Of a DNA stretch of 64,000 nt, positions 25,446 through 36,917 are shown piece by piece; position 1 is the stretch's first letter; each line of letters begins with the position of its first letter. The notes under the pieces were generated by a model, which was not told where the DNA came from, ran no database searches, and was given only the letters and a program-made list of their open reading frames with translations. The DNA is taken from contig NC_058383.1 of the NCBI RefSeq assembly GCF_018350175.1, positions 21,454,001 through 21,518,000 of the forward strand. Direction: 5' to 3'. A program made the translations under genes and the position numbers. The DNA is from Felis catus. Its lineage: Eukaryota.

Positions 25446-25673
25446 TGGGGGTGGCTGGGTGGCTCAGTCAGTTAAACTCCAACTTTGGCTCGGGTTACAC
25501 TCTCACCGTGAGAGTGACACTGAGAGAGAGTGAGACCGAGCCCCGCGTCGGGCTCTGTGTTGACAGATCGGAGCCTGGAGCCTGCTTCGGATCCTGTGTC
25601 TCCCTCTCTGCCCCTCCCCTGCTCGTGTTCTGTCTCTCTGTCTCTCAAAAATGAATATTAAAAAAAAAAAAAA
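25446..25673 (+). mobile_element. Can-SINE with small internal insertion
   Basis: TSD aaatggaatca(t/c)ct. Confidence 0.85.
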
Positions 25674-27776
25674 TGGAATCACCTGTAGTATTTTTAAAGC
25701 CCCCAGGATTATAATGTGTAGCTATGGTTGAGAATCGCTGTTACCTCTTGGATTTTTCTTTTTTTTTTTTTTACTACTGTTGCCTAGATTCACAGTGGCT
25801 CAGAGAAATCAATAGGCGCCTACAAGGGCTGCCTTTTAGATAAGCTGTAAGCGTAATGGGCACTTCAGATAAGCCGTAAGCACAATGGGTCCTGGACTGA
25901 GAACTTAATGATCATTTATAACCCGATTTTTATGGGAACGTGCTTTTCAAAGTCCAAATGTGCTGACTTAGGGAGAAGCATTTGGAAAAGAGCTTGCACA
26001 ACCTGTCTTAAGATGCGGAGTGCCTCCCTGCCGGTGGCCACGGCACTGAGTCAGAGCCGAGCCCTGAATTCGTGTGGCCTTGCCTTTGGCACTTCTGCTT
26101 TACATTTTTTTGTGTATGGCCTTTCGCCTCCCCCTGACTTCTTGCCCGGCTGTGGCAGTAAACTGAATCCCCCATCCCAGAACCCCTCCCCCTCCCCGAT
26201 AGGATTTAGCTCCACATGCTTTGTCCGCATTGAGATCCTTTACAAAATATGTCTCACATATTTCTGCCTGCTTCAGTACATTTTGAAATCTCAAACTGAG
26301 CTGCCCTCAGGCCCAAGCAGGTTTACTATCTAAATGACTCCCCTGGGGAGACCACTGCAGGGACTTGCACAGTGTCCCCGGCAGCGAGCTTCCTTCCGAC
26401 TTTGCCACGAGCAGAAATTGTTGGTGGAGCACGTGGTTACAGCAGGGACAGCAAATAGATTCCATTTCGTGTGCCAGAGGGGGAAAAAGGCCAACTGACC
26501 AAACAAAAAGCTGTGGGATAAGCTTACGTGCGTAGGAAGACAATAAAACCCAATTCCGTTTATCTGAGAATATAACCTTTCATCTTATTGACTGGAATTC
26601 AAATAATAATATAGAGATTCAGTTAAGAGCCATCAGGGTTTTGTTATCGTTGTTTAAGGTAAAAAGTAAACGGTATTAATCTTAGGAAAGCTATGAATAT
26701 GAAGGCAAATATATACGTAGGTATATGTATTAGGTATATGCAAATAGGTATTAGGTATATTTCACCCATCCTATTACCAAAATACTTTGATCATTTTCCC
26801 TCTGAAAACTACCCTTTTCCTTTTCAGTGTTAGGCAGGGGTCTTCTGTTTTTCTTTTCCCATACTTTCCCTTTAGAAGTCTATAAACCCTCTTTTAAGTC
26901 TTTTAAAACTACTTTTGGAATGTGTAACAAATTGTTTCATTTTTATAAAGTATCATAGGGTTCCTTTACTTCTAAAATCCAGTTAGGTAGACTTCAGATC
27001 ACTGCCCAGAAATTTAAGAAGACAGCTAATCTAATGAGACAGAACAGGAAAAACTCACCCAGTAGTTCCCTGGCTCACTGTGAAATCAGACGAGTGTGTC
27101 CAGACTGGGCACAGAGGCTCAAGTGGGTTTTGTAAAGGCTTGTACCAGGAGAGGACAGCGTTGCTCAAAATCTGGTTCCCGGCAGAATGCATCTGGCCGC
27201 TGTCATTTCCCTGCAAGTATAAATTTCATTGCAGTCGGTGACCATGTATGTCTTTGCCCTGTAGACCGTATTGAGACGCCTCAATTGATTGGTCATAGTT
27301 TATATTCTTTCTCAAACATGCACTTAAATATTTGCAGGTAACCAGCATTTCAAATCAGTTTATTAAAAATTCTCTCCATGTCTCACTTTTTTTTTTTTTT
27401 TTTGATAAACCCAAGTGATGGTTGAAGTGAAAAACCAACAGAATTATGAACTCTCGTGTGGCTTGGTCAACCAAAGCCGTCAACACCACAATCTTGGGGC
27501 AGTGGGAAGGCACTGATGTTTGAAGTTCGTGTTGGCTCTCGGGCCGTGTGTTTGCCATCCCTGGGGAGAGAGGGACTGAGTGGTAAAAGGTGAGCTTTTG
27601 CTCTTGGGCTGAGAGTGGCTCAGAGCTGGTGAAATCCCGAAAAGCTAGCGGCGCCGCTTGCCTTCAGAAGAGCAAGTTGGGAACACACAGACATCCCCCT
27701 TCAAAGTAAGAAGAATTGGGAGTGATTAGAAAAGATCGAAGCTTCTTGGGAAACCACACTGAACCGGTACACAGAT

Positions 27777-28042
27777 CAGAGGTCAGCAAACTATGCAGGT
27801 TTAAATGTTTGGCAAAAAAATCAGGAGAATATTTTGTGACCTAGGAAAGTTATGTGAACTCACATTTCAGTGGCCAGAAGTCACGGTTATTGGAACATGG
27901 CCAGGTCCATCCGTCTGTATGTTGTCTGTGACAACCTCTGTGTCTCAGCGGCAGAGCGGAGTAGTTGCAGCGGCAATGGTGTGGCCTGCAAGCCCGAAAT
28001 ATTTACGATCTGGCCTTTCCGGAAAAAGTTTGCCAACGCCTA
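27777..28042 (+). mobile_element. MER58B-like hAT element
   Basis: cagaggtcagcaaactatg...tggcctttccggaaaaagtttgccaac. Confidence 0.75.
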
Positions 28043-28424
28043 ACCCAGGCAGTCGTATTTATTTAGAACTTGTCCCGACATTGGTGTGTCGGTAAGGATC
28101 GGGAAGAGAACAATAGTTACAATATTTCAGTGGGTTTTGGGGAGGGGAGTGGGTGGAGGTGGGTAGGGGGAGGAGAGACATCACTTCTGATTTCCGCCTG
28201 TCACCAACGTCCCCAGCATCGGGCTGTGCCTCACATTTGGACTGTATCATCAGAGTCAGCCGCCCCCGTTCATTTTAGCAGCAGCTTCTCAAACACGAGG
28301 CGGGACTTCGGAGAAGGCCGGCTACCCGCCTCCAGACCGGCTTCACGTACCAGTCCTCAAAGTGACTCCAGAAAGCCTCCTTGCGAGGTTTGCACCACAC
28401 CCCGTGAGGATCACTGGTGTGCAG

Positions 28425-28762
28425 CCGGGGTTGGCACCCTGGTTGGTAGGCAGCCAGAGAGTAAATATTTTGAGCCCCACAGGCCGTGTGGTCTCTGTCG
28501 CAGTAACGCCACCCTGCCGTTGTGGTGTGAAAGCAGCCATAGATGATGCAGAAACGTATCAGCCTGGCTGTGCTCCAGTCACACTTGATTTGTGCACACC
28601 GAAACTTGAATTTCGTATCGTCCTTGCGCATCGTACGTATGTTCCTCTTTGGAGTTTCTTTCCCCCACCCCCCACCATTTTAAAGTAAAAACCATTAGCT
28701 TGCCATACAAAAATAGGCAGTGAGCTAGATTGGATCTGTGGGCCATAGTTTGCTGACCCCTG
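28425..28762 (-). mobile_element. MER58B-like hAT element
   Basis: ggggttggca...gagtaaatatttt...gggccatagtttgctgacccctg. Confidence 0.75.
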
Positions 28763-30064
28763 GTAATATGGGTAGTTTACTCGCTGTATTTTTTTCATTA
28801 AAAAAAAAACAACAACATTAGGTTTGGAAGGCACTATCATGTTTTAATTTTAGTCGCTGTGGATTTTACTGTGGAAGGCAATTCTACGCACACGTCTGCT
28901 TTTCTACCTACTGCTATTGAATTTTTTTCTTGCTACCTCTGTTGAAATCTACAAAGACCTTTTTTTCAAACCATTCTCTATTGTTGGGACAGCCATTTGC
29001 TTTTTCATTAATGCATTCAGTGTGTATTTACGAAGCTCCCACAATGGTGTGGCAGGCAGGTGGCCATGGCAAGCCGGGTGCTCCGGGGAAGGGGGCAGTG
29101 ATGGCCGAGATAGACTTGGTCTCTGCCCCCGTGGATCTCTCTGGCTCGCAGGGAAGAGGTCAGTCATGCACAGTGCTTGGCAGATCACAGCATGCATTGA
29201 AGGTGTGGACTTGAGCATTTATTTCCACGGTCCCATAATACGTGCATTATGCAGGTGGACGTGGCCCACGTGCAGTAGTCTGTATCCTGGGAAACAGGGT
29301 GGTGTTTCACATTAGTGGCGTTGGGCATTTGAGTGTACCGATGGCAGAAACTTCTCCAGAAATCAGTCCACAATTAGAGTTGGAAATTGTCACGCCAGTT
29401 GGAGATTTTCCTTTGACCCTGTGCCCTAGCGTAAGCATCTGTGTCTTTCCGGGTAAGTTGAACTGCTTCAGGTTGGGGGCGTTTCCATTTTCTTCTGGCC
29501 CAGTAAGAGTGAGACTCCCGTTAGGCATGACTGAAAGGCTGGCCATTACCACAACCAGTCAAGGGAACCAGGGAAGACATCAAGGCCTGCACGGCCCTGC
29601 CGTTTGTAGGTTTTGGGGATTACAAGGGAAAAAGTTAATGCTTTACCAAAAAGTAATAAATTTAAAAATCCTGCCCTATGTAAGTAAGCCTTGTTTGAAT
29701 GACTAGTGAGATTGCACAGTGGCTTGCATAGGAAAAAACAAACCCCAGAGTAAAATGGTGAGCCGGAAGTGCTTTCCTGCCTTGTATTGTTTTCCCAGTT
29801 ACAGACAGGAAACATTCAAGTGTGTTTTCAAGCACAGAACATTGGACACAAAGAAGGCTCTGACGAAGCAGAAAAAAGACCCGTATACAAAAAGTTTCGG
29901 TCTGTGGAGCAAAATGTCTGATTGAAAACAATCTGATTTAGCAAGTGTTTTTTTTTTACTCGTTGGCTTGCGTTGTCTCTAGGTGCCTTGATAAGTTTAA
30001 CATATTGCTCTCCCTCTTTGCTTTATTCATGAATTTTTAAAATCTGATCAAAAATCACATCTCA

Positions 30065-30277
30065 GGGGCGCCGGGGTGGCTCAGTCGGTTGAGTGTCCAA
30101 CTCTTGATTTCGGCTCAGGTCATGATCTCGCGGTTCAGATTGTGAGATTGAGCCCTGCATCAGATTCTGTGCACTGATCTCGAGAAGCCTGCTTGGGATT
30201 CTCCCTCTCTCTCTGCCCCTCCCCTAGTCACACTCTCCCTGTCTGTCTCAAAATAAATAAGTAAACTTAAAAAAAAT
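30065..30277 (+). mobile_element. Can-SINE
   Basis: TSD atcacatctc. Confidence 0.9.
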
Positions 30278-30630
30278 ATCACATCTCCGTAAAAACCAAG
30301 TTTCTGTGGCTAATATAGTCTTTGAATGGGCACCGTGGCCAGTATTCTGAGTAATTGCTAGACTTTCCCTGGGTAAAAATTCTACTGGCAAATTCTCTGG
30401 TAAAGATGAACACTCCCAAACAGTTGAGCATAGAAAGGGCTGAGCCTTGGACCAGACACAGTGATGAGAAAGATCGAGTCATTTGGAGCACATATTGGGG
30501 GAGGTAGGGACCATGATGGTTCCCTAAAATTAAGGTGGGGACAACATAGACCAATGGGGGTATCTTTGTGTGAAGGAGCCACCCCAGTTTGTATGTAGGC
30601 TTCCCAGATAGCCTGTATTCATGGTTTAAA

Positions 30631-31486
30631 CGACTTAATGTTATTAAAACCTCCATACTACCCAAAGCTGTCTACAGTTTCAGTACAGTTCCTATCAAAA
30701 TTCTAATGGCATTCTTCACAAAAAAAGAAAAACAATTGTAAAATCCACATGGAACCACAAACGACTGAAACAGTAAAAGCAATCCTGAGCTAGAAGAACA
30801 AGGCTGGAGGCGTCACACTTCCCGATTTCAAACTCCTTGATCCTTGAACAACGTGGGTTTGAATTGCATGGGCCCACATATATGCAGATTTTTTTTGCAG
30901 TACAGTACTGTAGATGTATTTTCTCTTCCATACAATTTGCTTAATAACATTTTCTTTCTAGGGGTGCCTGGCTGGCTCAGTCGGTTAAGCGTCCAACTTC
31001 GACTCAGGTTATGGTCTCGCAGTTCGTGAGTTCGAGCCCTGCATTGGGCTCTGTGCTAACAGCTCAGAGTCTGAATCCTGGTTTGGATTCTGTCTCCCTC
31101 TCTCTGTCCCTCACCTGCGCGCGCGCGCGCACACACTCTCTCTCTCTCAAAAGTAAATAAACATTAAAAGAATTTAAAAAGTAATTACATTTTCTAACTT
31201 TCTTTATTGTAAGAATACATTAAATAATGCACATAACATATAGTACATGTTAACCAACTATTTATGTTCTCAGTGATGCTTCTGGTCAACAGTAGCTACT
31301 AGTAGGTAAATTTTCAGGGAGTTAAAAGTTACGTGCCAATTGTTCACTGCATAGGGTCAACACCCCTAACTCCTATGTAGTTCAGGGGTCAGCTGTATAT
31401 TACAAAGCAGTAGTCATCAAAATAGTATGGTATTGGCATAAAAAAGATACATAAATGGAACAGACTAGAAAGCCCAGAAATAAATC
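30631..31486 (+). mobile_element. L1 ORF2 fragment split by a Tigger2a/MER28-like element (30836-31395), which is itself split by a Can-SINE (30961-31180)
   Basis: L1 aagaacaaggctggaggcgtcacacttcccgatttcaaact...tattacaaagc; TIRs ttgatccttgaacaac / gttcaggggtcagctg followed by TA. Confidence 0.8.
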
Positions 31487-33592
31487 TGATTAAGAAGAGA
31501 TATTGGATCTCTTTCTAAAATTAATTTTATCAATGTAATATATGGCTGAGTGTCCATAAAGGCAGGAAACATAGTGTAAACTTATTTTTAAGCAGTATGT
31601 TAACATTTTCATATAATATGTTCCACATATATTTCAGTCTCCAGATAACTTATTGGGTGAAGTACCTCTAAATCAAAAGCAAAGGGTCTAGTTGGTAAAA
31701 TGAAAAAAAGGATAGTAAATATATTGATTTGCTTTGTAGTTTTTACACTTTTGTATTCTTGTATAGTTTTGTGCAGACTGGCAGTTGGACTCATTGTTTT
31801 CAGTTAGAGTTATGCTTCACTTGAAACCATGTCAAGCGTGTCACTAAAAAATGTAACTAACGTACTATTTTTTAAACTTTGAAACTAAGTATGCATATAG
31901 TCTAAAAAGTCAAATATAATAGTAAAAGGCTTATTACAGTGGATCTTCTCTCTAGTAATCCCACTCTCCCACTTGAGACTCTCTAACCCCAGAGGAAGCT
32001 GTTTTCAAATTTCTGTTTATTTTGGCATTTACTCATGTCTACATGTATAGATAATATATAAACAGGTATCCTTCAAGTCATCAAGTTTTAGTTATTACCT
32101 ATTGGCCCCCTGTCATGAAAAATGAGGGCTTAGTGCTCATGTGTGTGATTAGTGTGAGATCACACACGCCTTAGTGTATGATTTCCCTCTTTGCTTCTAC
32201 TCCCTTATCCTTGCAATGCACTTAGAGTACAATTTTTGGATATATTACTGTTTGGTATTTACATTATTATATCCAATCAATTTGCAGCTAAGCATAGCAA
32301 TGCAGTATGATTCTTTCTGATGGGCTTTTTGTTTTTCCCAAAGTTAACACTTGCTTTGTTTTTGCATTTGCTTTATTATTTTTGTGGCTGTTGCAGTGCT
32401 GTGCTCGCTCATAAGTGTTTGACAGCCCCCCGCCCCCCCCCACACACAAAGCCCCGGTTTGTATTGTTTGCATTTCTTTGTGTTGTATTCGAGTTTTCAT
32501 TTCAAATGACCAGTGTGAGGTCACTGAACAAGTTGCTGAGAAAAGATGTACACAGTTGGTTTTCCTATACCATTGAGCTGTTACTAACGTTCTCATACCT
32601 GCTAACGGCCCACCTTCGGGTTTTGAAATTAAGTTTTTCTCTTCTGTTACGTTTTTTAAAAAATTCTGTTTTGTAAAAGGACTTATTTGCTCTGAATCTC
32701 TTCTTTTGAACTTTGAGTGTTTTAAGAGGCCTTGAGGGCTTTTCTCTGCGTACACTTCTACTTACAGAAGGCAGAGATTTCAGAGCTCTGGCCAGAGAAG
32801 ATGAGGCGGAAGTTACACAATCTCGTGGTGGCATTTTGCTAGAGGAGGGACAAGGCTATTGGCGAATAGGAGTTAGGGTGAAGCTGTGGCGGTCTGCGAG
32901 GCTGGCTGTCGGAGTTCTTTCTGAGGCTGGTTGCTTGAGCTGCTGGTCAGCTGGGGCCCTGCTCCACTTCCCTAACTGGCATGACTGCATATGTTTGGCG
33001 CTTCAGCAATGCCTGGCACCATGTATGCCAAGCAAGGGCTGGGATGGCAGATTTTGGCCCGCCGCTTGCAGGACTTGTTCATGGAATTTAAAGGCGGCCT
33101 CCTCTGAAAGCTGGGGCCTCGACCTCATCTCCAGGCCCTGCCCCTGCACACCAGGGAGGTATCTGAGTTAGGTCAGAGTTCTGATTTCCTGCAGAAACTG
33201 ATGAGTGAGCCATTCCCATTGGCATCTCTGAGTTACGCAGGGCACCGCGGCGACAACTGGTGGCAATGCCGGCTTTTACTTGACATACCATGGCCCAAGC
33301 GTGGGCTGGAAGCGTGCACCACCGTGCCTCATGCAGCTGGTGCTGCTCTGAGCTTAGCAGCGTTTGAAGGTCCTTCTCGGGGGTCCTGTCAAATTGCCCG
33401 CCAAACGGCTTTTCCTTCTCGTGCATTAGATTCATTCAGAGGCAAGATCATGCAGCCTTCCATTCTGCGATATGTCTTATTAAAAGGCTTTACAATTCTG
33501 GTTCATTGATGGTCTGCCTTTCTCCCCAGCTCCCCCAATGTTCAGGGCTGAAAAAGACTTTTTTCTTGTCCCTTTAAAAGTTTCCTTGTTCG

Positions 33593-33823
33593 AGGGCACC
33601 CGGGTGGCTCAGTCGGGTGGGCGTCCGACTCTGGATTTTGGCTCAGGTCATAATCTTGCAGTTTGTGGGACTGAGCCCCACATCGGGCTCTGTGCTGTTG
33701 GCGTGGAGCCTATTTGGTATTCTTTCTCTTCCTCTCTCTGTCTGCCCTTTCCCTGCTTGCATGCTCGCTCTCTCTCTCTCTCTCTCTCTCAAAATAAATA
33801 AATAAACACTCAAAAATAATAAA
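33593..33823 (+). mobile_element. Can-SINE
   Basis: TSD taaaagtttccttgttcg. Confidence 0.9.
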
Positions 33824-34125
33824 AGTTTCCTTGTTCGTTTCAATGGGAATTGGGCAGGGGTGTCAAATGACTCGACTTAAATCACTGTTTGAACCAGAAG
33901 TCCCACTATGGCACCTTGATTGCCATCTGGGTATTACGTACAGCAACAGTGCTGCCCCTTTGGACTGCAGAGGAGTCCTTGGAAAGTACCGTGATCTGGC
34001 AACTGAGGCTCGAGCAACTGAGGCTGTTCCTCTGCCGATTGATGGCCGCCAGGTCGGCTTTCTGGAAAGGTCTACATAGTTAATGATAATTGGAAAGCAT
34101 GAGTGGGAGAAAGCTGTGAAAATAC

Positions 34126-34356
34126 TTTCTTTTTTTTTTTTTATTTTTTTTTTCAACGTTTATTTATTTTTGGGACAGAGAGAGACAGAGCATGAACGGG
34201 GGAGGGGCAGAGAGAGAGGGAGACACAGAATCGGAACCAGGCTCCAGGCTCTGAGCCATCAGCCCAGAGCCCGACGCGGGGCTCGAACTCACGGACCGCG
34301 AGATCGTGACCTGGCCGAAGTCGGACGCTTAACCGACTGCGCCACCCAGGCGCCCC
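34126..34356 (-). mobile_element. Young SINEC_Fc
   Basis: Near-consensus with intact CpGs. Confidence 0.95.
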
Positions 34357-34744
34357 TACTTTGTTTCTTTTTAAAGTAAAGATGAGATGCCTGAACAAAG
34401 GAGTACTCAGTTGTTACTATTTGTGTGTGTAGTATTGAATCACCTTCCTGGATTTGTGACAAACTTGTTTCAGTAAGGCTGTGAAGCTCAGAAATGATCG
34501 TTTTAGGAACTGAAGGTTCAGCTTCTCTACAGCGGTCTTTTTTTATTTAATTTTTTAAAATTTATTTTAAGTAGGCTCCATGCCCAATGTGGGTCTCAAA
34601 CTCATGACCCCCAGATCTAGAGTTGCACATTCTACCGACTGAGCCAGCGAGGCGCCTCTAGAGCAGTCTTTTCTCCAAGGGTGGCCTGTGAGTCTCGGCC
34701 ATGGAATTCTGGGAGGCAAGGGCCTCTTAAAGAAGCAGGATCTT

Positions 34745-34962
34745 GGGGCGCCTGGGTAGCGCAGTCGGTTAAGCGTCCGACTTCAGCCAGGTCACGATCT
34801 CGCGGTCCGTGAGTTCGAGCCCCGCGTCGGGCTCTGGGCTGATGGCTCAGAGCCTGGAGCCTGGTTCCAATTCTGTGTCTCCCTCTCTCTCTGCCCCTCC
34901 CCCGTTCATGCTCTGTCTCTCTCTGTCCCAAAAATAAATAAACGTTGAAAAAAAAAAAAAAA
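34745..34962 (+). mobile_element. Young SINEC_Fc
   Basis: TSD aagcaggatctt. Confidence 0.95.
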
Positions 34963-35231
34963 AGCAGGATCTTGTTCCAGACCTGCTTTTGAACAGAGGT
35001 AAGGCCTGGAAACTGGCATTTTAAATCAGCACACTCCCCACCCTCAGTGATTCTATACACACCCAGGTCTGGGAGCCACTGGTCTTGAGGCTTTGTTCTT
35101 GTTTGGGGTTGCTATTCTTTGCAGACTTTTGTTTGCTGGTTTTTTTCTTTGGTTTTGCTCAAGGAGCCCTCTGATTGGTGGAATTTCCACATTGGTGGAA
35201 TTTCTCCCCATGTTATCATTCATTTCTTCCT

Positions 35232-35446
35232 GTTTTATTTATTTTTTATTTTTTTATTTTAGAGAGAGCGTGCATACACAAGCGGGGAACGGGGTGAGAC
35301 AGGGGCCGAGGGAGACGGAGAGAACCCCAAGCAGGCGCCACCCTCCACACAGAGCCCGACGTGGGGTTTGATCCCACGACCCTGGATCATGACCTGAGCT
35401 GAAGTCAAGAGTTGAATGCTCAACCGACCGAGCCACCCAGGCGTCC
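35232..35446 (-). mobile_element. Can-SINE, older
   Basis: Reverse head gagccacccaggcg. Confidence 0.85.
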
Positions 35447-35552
35447 GTCCCTAGTTGTTTTGTTTTAAACTCTGGGATAATAATTGTTACATTTCACGAG
35501 TTCCTTTGCATTTCTGGATTTCTGACTCTGAGCTTTTCATTTTTCCCCACAG

Positions 35553-35592
35553 AGCTGAGAAAACAGAAGTCCTCAGTGAAGATCTGTTACAG
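35553..35592 (+). CDS. ARHGAP17: ARHGAP17 exon 2 (AEKTEVLSEDLLQ), 40 nt
   Basis: ttttccccacag| ... CAG|gtaaca; frame continues from exon 1. Confidence 0.96.
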
Positions 35593-36670
35593 GTAACAAA
35601 ATAAAATCTTCTTAAAGTGCTTTGCTTAAAGAGGAAAACAAAACAAAGCCTCATCGGCGAGAACTGAAGCAGATCTGTGTACGTACGTCTGTATGTATGA
35701 TCTGAGACACGATGAGACTGATCGGCCTGGTCCCGAGCAGGAAAGAAAAGCAGTTGGGTTGCACGGTGATGAAAAGGGGATCTGGAACTTCGGTGTCATG
35801 TTGTGAAGTTCAAATGGGGCTGTCCTGCTTTCAAGTGCCAGGTGTCGGGGTGGGGTGGGGGAGGCGCTGGCTGGCCTGGGCGCTCCACTGGCACTGCAGC
35901 CTGGTCACGGGTCCCGGGCAGGCTGCGGGCCTGTCGCTCGCTGCTATGACGGTGTCCTTGATGGGACAGGCCCTGCCAGCAACAGCCTAGAATTTCCACT
36001 TCTTGCCTCTCATGCTATCATCCTCCACTTCTGGGCTGAGTTGGCTCCTGAAGGACTTAGAGTCTCAGTGACGGTGACCAGACCTGTCAGAACCACCCTG
36101 AGGCCCTGAGGTGGCCTGTTACCAGCCTGGACTTTTCTGCCCTGCAGGAGGGATATTTCCTGCAGGGACCTCGGCCGGGGCCACCGCACTTCGTCTCTCA
36201 CAGGCTTCCCTAACTTTGGGGCTGGGGGTTTCTTCCAGAAGGCCTGGGACCCTTTGTACACATCCCTTCACTCGGCCTCAACCCCGTTCCGTCTCCGCCC
36301 ACCCCAGAGCACGCCGGGAAAGACAGAACCCTTCTGCACTGAGGTTTCTCTTAAGCCTCCTTGCTTGTGTCCTTGCTTCTCATTCCATGACCTTCGGCAG
36401 GTCTTTTCACCTGAGCCCCTGAAGACCAGCAGTCTGCTCCCGGGTGACTTTCTGTCTCTTCCCACAGAGAGGAGCTGGCATAGCTTAGAAAAATGGTGCC
36501 ATGCCAGCCCATGTCAGAACATCCTTCTAAATTATGACAGCCACCTGCAGGTAGAAGATTCTGAGAGCACGTTTTTTGTTGTTGTTGTTGTTCTTTTTAA
36601 GGACCAGAAGTTTTTATTAAGAGTGGAGGGGTTTTTTTTTTTTTTAAGAATTATTAGATAATCATATTCT

Positions 36671-36705
36671 TTTTTTTAATTTTTCTTTTTAATGTTTATT
36701 TTATT

Positions 36706-36753
<48 letters not shown>

Positions 36754-36917
36754 TGAGCAGGGGAGGGGCAGAGAGAGAGGGAGACACAGAATCTGAAGCA
36801 GGCTCCAGGCTCTGAGCTGCCAGCACACAGCCCAATATGGGGCTTGAACTCCTGAACCGTGAATTCATGAGCTGAGCCAAAACTGGACATTTAACCAACT
36901 GAACCACCCAGGAGCCC
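36671..36917 (-). mobile_element. Can-SINE with long (GA)n
   Basis: (GA)n at about 36709-36750. Confidence 0.9.

Noticed and set aside
33945..33970. CTCF-like motif (also near 43971)
   Set aside because: Mismatches at core positions
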